This document shows positions 61,300 to 64,000 of a DNA stretch of 64,000 bases, one piece after another. This DNA comes from Candidatus Aquitaenariimonas noxiae (GTDB lineage: Bacteria; Omnitrophota; Gorgyraeia; Aquitaenariimonadales; Aquitaenariimonadaceae). Below the pieces are notes generated by a model. That model worked only from the letters and a program-made list of their open reading frames with translations. It was not told the origin of the DNA and did no database searches. The number at the start of each line of letters is the position of its first letter. Within the stretch, counting starts at the first letter, position 1. The position numbers were made by a program, and so were the translations under genes. The stretch covers positions 8,123 through 72,122 of the forward strand of contig PEWV01000032.1 in NCBI GenBank assembly GCA_002780005.1, in the 5' to 3' direction.

Positions 61300-61726
61300 A
61301 AGATTACCCCATGTTATAGCATATAATTTTTATGTTTTGATTTTTTTACACTTAAAAGATCTGACAGCATAGTAACTAAATTTCAAAAAAAGAAATAGGT
61401 TACCAGCATAATTAGAAACTCGCCTTTGAACTAATATATAATTCAGATTTGAAAAGAATCTAAATAAAAAATTATCTGGGATGGATGTAATGAGTCTAAA
61501 AAAAGGTTTCATAACTATGTATATTTTTCATGGTAATAGAGATATCCATCCAGGCAGACGTTGTAATACTACAATGCGTTGTGTATCTTTTCCAGATAGA
61601 AAAGAACGAGCCGGAAAATAATTCATGATATTGCTTTGTACTTTTTGCATATCGTAGTATCTTGCTATTTCCGTATGAGGATAAGGTTGTAGTATCGTTG
61701 GGGTCATAAAAGCGCCCATTTTTGTA

Positions 61727-61867
61727 TTAGCCAATCAATTTGTTATATTTTTCAAATGATAAACTCACTACATCAGTATCATGGCCAGCGTTTTTTAAGA
61801 CGGCAGACATTGCTTGAAAACCATTTAACTCAAATGATGAAAGCTGAACAAATAATATTTTTGCCAT
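61727..61867 (-). pseudogene. Remnant of a B12-binding radical SAM N-terminus (MAKILFVQLSSFELNGFQAMSAVLKNAGHDTDVVSLSF...), 47 codons then a stop; the remaining ~430 bp to the upstream gene is non-coding
   Basis: Clear similarity to the N-terminus of the 58867-61299 protein (MKVMFAAVGSEIISIEALSAILKQHGHECTLAF). The otherwise gene-dense region 61300-61894 has only short, unrelated ORFs. Confidence 0.5.
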
Positions 61868-61894
61868 AAGCACTGTTTTAATTAATCCCTTGTC

Positions 61895-63328
61895 TTACTT
61901 CGAGCCTTGAATATTTATGAATGAATAGAAAGCCATAAGTAATTTTTTTACATCTTCTATTGAATTAATTGAAAGTAATTGTCTAATAATCATTCCAGGG
62001 TTGAGATATAGTCTTCTGTAAGCCTCTTTTTGTTTTTTTAGCAGTATTTCTTTATCAAGTCCAAAGGGAACAAATATGGGAGTAGAGGAGGAAATTAACA
62101 GTTTGTCAAAATGAGAGCGAGAAAACACCCCATATGTTTCTGCTTTATTCCAGAGTTCTGTTCCTGGATATGGTGTCATAAGGCTAAAGACAGGATAATG
62201 CGATTTTAATGAAAGAGCAAAGTTTATTGTTTTTTCTATTGTTTCCAACGTTTCCCCGGGGTTTCCAAGTATGAAGAATGTTTTTAACATTAATCCAGAT
62301 TGCAAAGCTAGTTTGCATGTTTTTGTAACTTGATTTAGGGATACATTTTTTTTTATTAAACGAAGAATTCTTTCATCACCGGATTCAACACCAATAGCCA
62401 CAAGCCAACATCCAGATTTTTTCATCTCCTTAAAAATACCTTTATCTTTGATATTAGCATGCATATTAGCATACCAGCTTATAGCAATTCTTTTTCTTTT
62501 CAGCAATCGACATATGTCATATATACGATTTTCGTTTATAGAAAAAGTATCATCGCAAAAAAATACTTCTTTTACGCCAAACTGTTTGGTTAAAAATTCT
62601 ACGTAATCAACTACATATTCTGCACTATGCAAACTAACAGATTTGCCAAAAGGGGTATTACAAAAAATGCACTGATGGGGGCAGCCCCTTGAAGTAATAA
62701 TTGGCATAAAAGGCAATTTTTTGTAGTGAAGAAGATATGGTTTGTATTTAGAAATAGGTGGCAATAAATGAATAGCTGGAAATGGTAACGTGTCCAAATC
62801 GCTTATTCTGCCCCTTGGTTTGTTTACAATTATTCGATTATCAGAGGTTTTGAATACCAGGCCGTCTACATTAGAGAGATTTTTGGAGTTACTTTCAATA
62901 CTGTTTGCTAATTCCAATAGGGTTTTTTCGCCTTCTCCGATAACGCAATAGTCAAAAGGTATTTGTTCTAATGAACTTTCCGCCAGAAAAGTAATATGAG
63001 GACCTCCTGCAACAATTGATTGAACAACATTAGCTTTTTTAATTTCTTCAACTAATTTCGCAACTACATGACAAGAAGGCGTGTTGACATATATGCCTAC
63101 TAGCTGAGCAGATTGGTTTTTTAAATATCGAACAATATCAACAGTGGAAAGATGTAAGACATTTGCATCAAGGATTTTCACTTCATAACCATTTTTTATC
63201 AGGTAACTAGCAAGAGAACATAAACCGATCGGAGGTTGTAATGAGGCAAGAAGGCTGTATTTCCCATAGATATCTTTGATATCAGCGGGTGGATTAATTA
63301 ATATAATTTTAAGCCTGGCCTGTTTCAT
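61895..63328 (-). CDS. Cobalamin (B12)-binding-domain radical SAM protein
   Basis: B12-binding domain (IVAGGPHITFLAE) and radical SAM motif (TSRGCPHQCIFCNTPF). Confidence 0.8.
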   Translation of the reverse strand: MKQARLKIILINPPADIKDIYGKYSLLASLQPPIGLCSLASYLIKNGYEVKILDANVLHLSTVDIVRYLKNQSAQLVGIYVNTPSCHVVAKLVEEIKKANVVQSIVAGGPHITFLAESSLEQIPFDYCVIGEGEKTLLELANSIESNSKNLSNVDGLVFKTSDNRIIVNKPRGRISDLDTLPFPAIHLLPPISKYKPYLLHYKKLPFMPIITSRGCPHQCIFCNTPFGKSVSLHSAEYVVDYVEFLTKQFGVKEVFFCDDTFSINENRIYDICRLLKRKRIAISWYANMHANIKDKGIFKEMKKSGCWLVAIGVESGDERILRLIKKNVSLNQVTKTCKLALQSGLMLKTFFILGNPGETLETIEKTINFALSLKSHYPVFSLMTPYPGTELWNKAETYGVFSRSHFDKLLISSSTPIFVPFGLDKEILLKKQKEAYRRLYLNPGMIIRQLLSINSIEDVKKLLMAFYSFINIQGSK

Positions 63329-63338
63329 ATACCTATAT

Positions 63339-64000
63339 TTAGAACAATGCTACATAATCTTTAAGGATAGAAAGCACTCCCTTATATTTCAACAGCGCAC
63401 TGACAAAACCCATGCATCGTATGGTGCAGTTTTTACAAAATTGATGTTTACCCTGCAAAATTCCGAACTTCATAACATTTTTTTTATCATAATAAATACT
63501 TCTAATATCACCCTTACTTAGCTGTAGAGGTAAGCCGTTACATGGAAAACTTATGCTTCCGTCCTGCTTGAGAGAAATAGCGATGTCCATCGCTCTGCAG
63601 CCATAGGAATCCAAGCCCCCATGTTGTATAATACTAAAAAATGGTTGAACGTTTGTAATTAGATTTTTATACTTCACCCTAAGAGATTTTATAGTATTAG
63701 CGTATTCTGAAAGAAAACTCGTATTAGAATCGAACATATTTTTTCCGGTCTCATTCATGGGTGTATATATACTTTTACTTAAAATCCCTATCGAAATTTT
63801 TACTCCTAATTTCTTAGCAATATCGCATAAGTCCTCCAACATTTCATAAGAAGTCGTAGGAGTATAAATTGTGGTAATCTGAGTTTTGCAATTTTTAGAA
63901 TTTAAAAATCGAAGTGTTTCAAGAGCTTTATTAAACGCGCCGGGAGCTTGTCGCATGGAATCGTGAAAATCTTCCGTGCCATCAATGCTTACATGTATCA
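63339..64000 (-). CDS. Radical SAM / SPASM-domain protein, N-terminus off the window (reading frame open to 64000)
   Basis: The sequence continues without a stop upstream of the Met at 63956 (...IHVSIDGTEDFHDSMRQAPGAF...). It has a C-terminal Cys cluster (CKNCTIRC) and is paralogous to the 38691-39758 product. Confidence 0.65.
   Translation of the reverse strand, partial: IHVSIDGTEDFHDSMRQAPGAFNKALETLRFLNSKNCKTQITTIYTPTTSYEMLEDLCDIAKKLGVKISIGILSKSIYTPMNETGKNMFDSNTSFLSEYANTIKSLRVKYKNLITNVQPFFSIIQHGGLDSYGCRAMDIAISLKQDGSISFPCNGLPLQLSKGDIRSIYYDKKNVMKFGILQGKHQFCKNCTIRCMGFVSALLKYKGVLSILKDYVALF

Noticed and set aside
1-64000. Search for tRNA, rRNA, transposase, integrase, toxin-antitoxin and restriction-modification genes
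   Set aside because: By eye, no intergenic segment shows tRNA-like GC-rich cloverleaf potential and no ORF carries DDE/integrase, nuclease or ATPase defence signatures. This is not a tool-based scan and a small tRNA or ncRNA could be missed. The glycan island shows no obvious mobility genes in this window.

Overview
This 64 kb window comes from an AT-rich diderm (Gram-negative-type) bacterium, probably an uncultured lineage. I infer the diderm envelope from the LPS and outer-membrane genes present (lptE, lptC/lptA-like, lptB, lpxL-like, bamD-like, lnt). Genes are densely packed, mostly on the + strand and often with overlapping stop/start codons.

The backbone is conserved housekeeping: leuS (5'-truncated), comEA, comEC, a PilZ protein, bamD-like, lptE, holA, rpsT, murJ, uvrC, an Ogt-like alkyltransferase, prfB with its programmed +1 frameshift, secA, lnt, an lpxL-like acyltransferase, lptC/A-like, lptB, tig and clpP. 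After the island come serC, serA, an HMGL-like synthase, purA, an OmpA-like lipoprotein and the uppS-cdsA-dxr-rseP-ispG-proS block.

Between clpP and serC (about 21.9-43.7 kb) lies a roughly 22 kb glycan-biosynthesis island.
- It carries a complete pseudaminic-acid pathway (pseB, pseC, pseF, pseG, pseH, pseI) plus a PP-loop N-acetyl-sugar amidotransferase and two SAM methyltransferases.
- Two paralogous FAD oxidoreductases bracket the pse operon.
- It also holds a large protein of unknown function, four glycosyltransferases, and a triad of radical SAM enzymes: a B12-binding rSAM, a divergently transcribed SPASM-type rSAM, and a second B12-binding rSAM.
- That second B12-binding rSAM is interrupted by a G8 homopolymer frameshift.

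A second, paralogous radical-SAM module sits on the minus strand after proS (57.4-64 kb).
- It has a polytopic membrane protein, an 810-aa fusion of a B12-binding radical SAM and a class I methyltransferase, a decayed fragment of another B12-binding rSAM N-terminus, a B12-binding rSAM, and a SPASM-type rSAM that runs off the window.
- This duplicated set of cobalamin-dependent and SPASM radical SAM enzymes next to a nonulosonic-acid/glycosyltransferase island is the best candidate here for an undescribed radical glycan- or lipid-modification system.

Other items: a family of palindromic, MITE/REP-like intergenic repeats (10.7 kb and 18.1 kb), a palindromic tig-clpP spacer, a heptanucleotide x4 repeat inside pseC, an octanucleotide x3 repeat inside lnt, and several near-consensus sigma70 promoters. 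I found no rRNA, tRNA, CRISPR, transposase or integrase genes.
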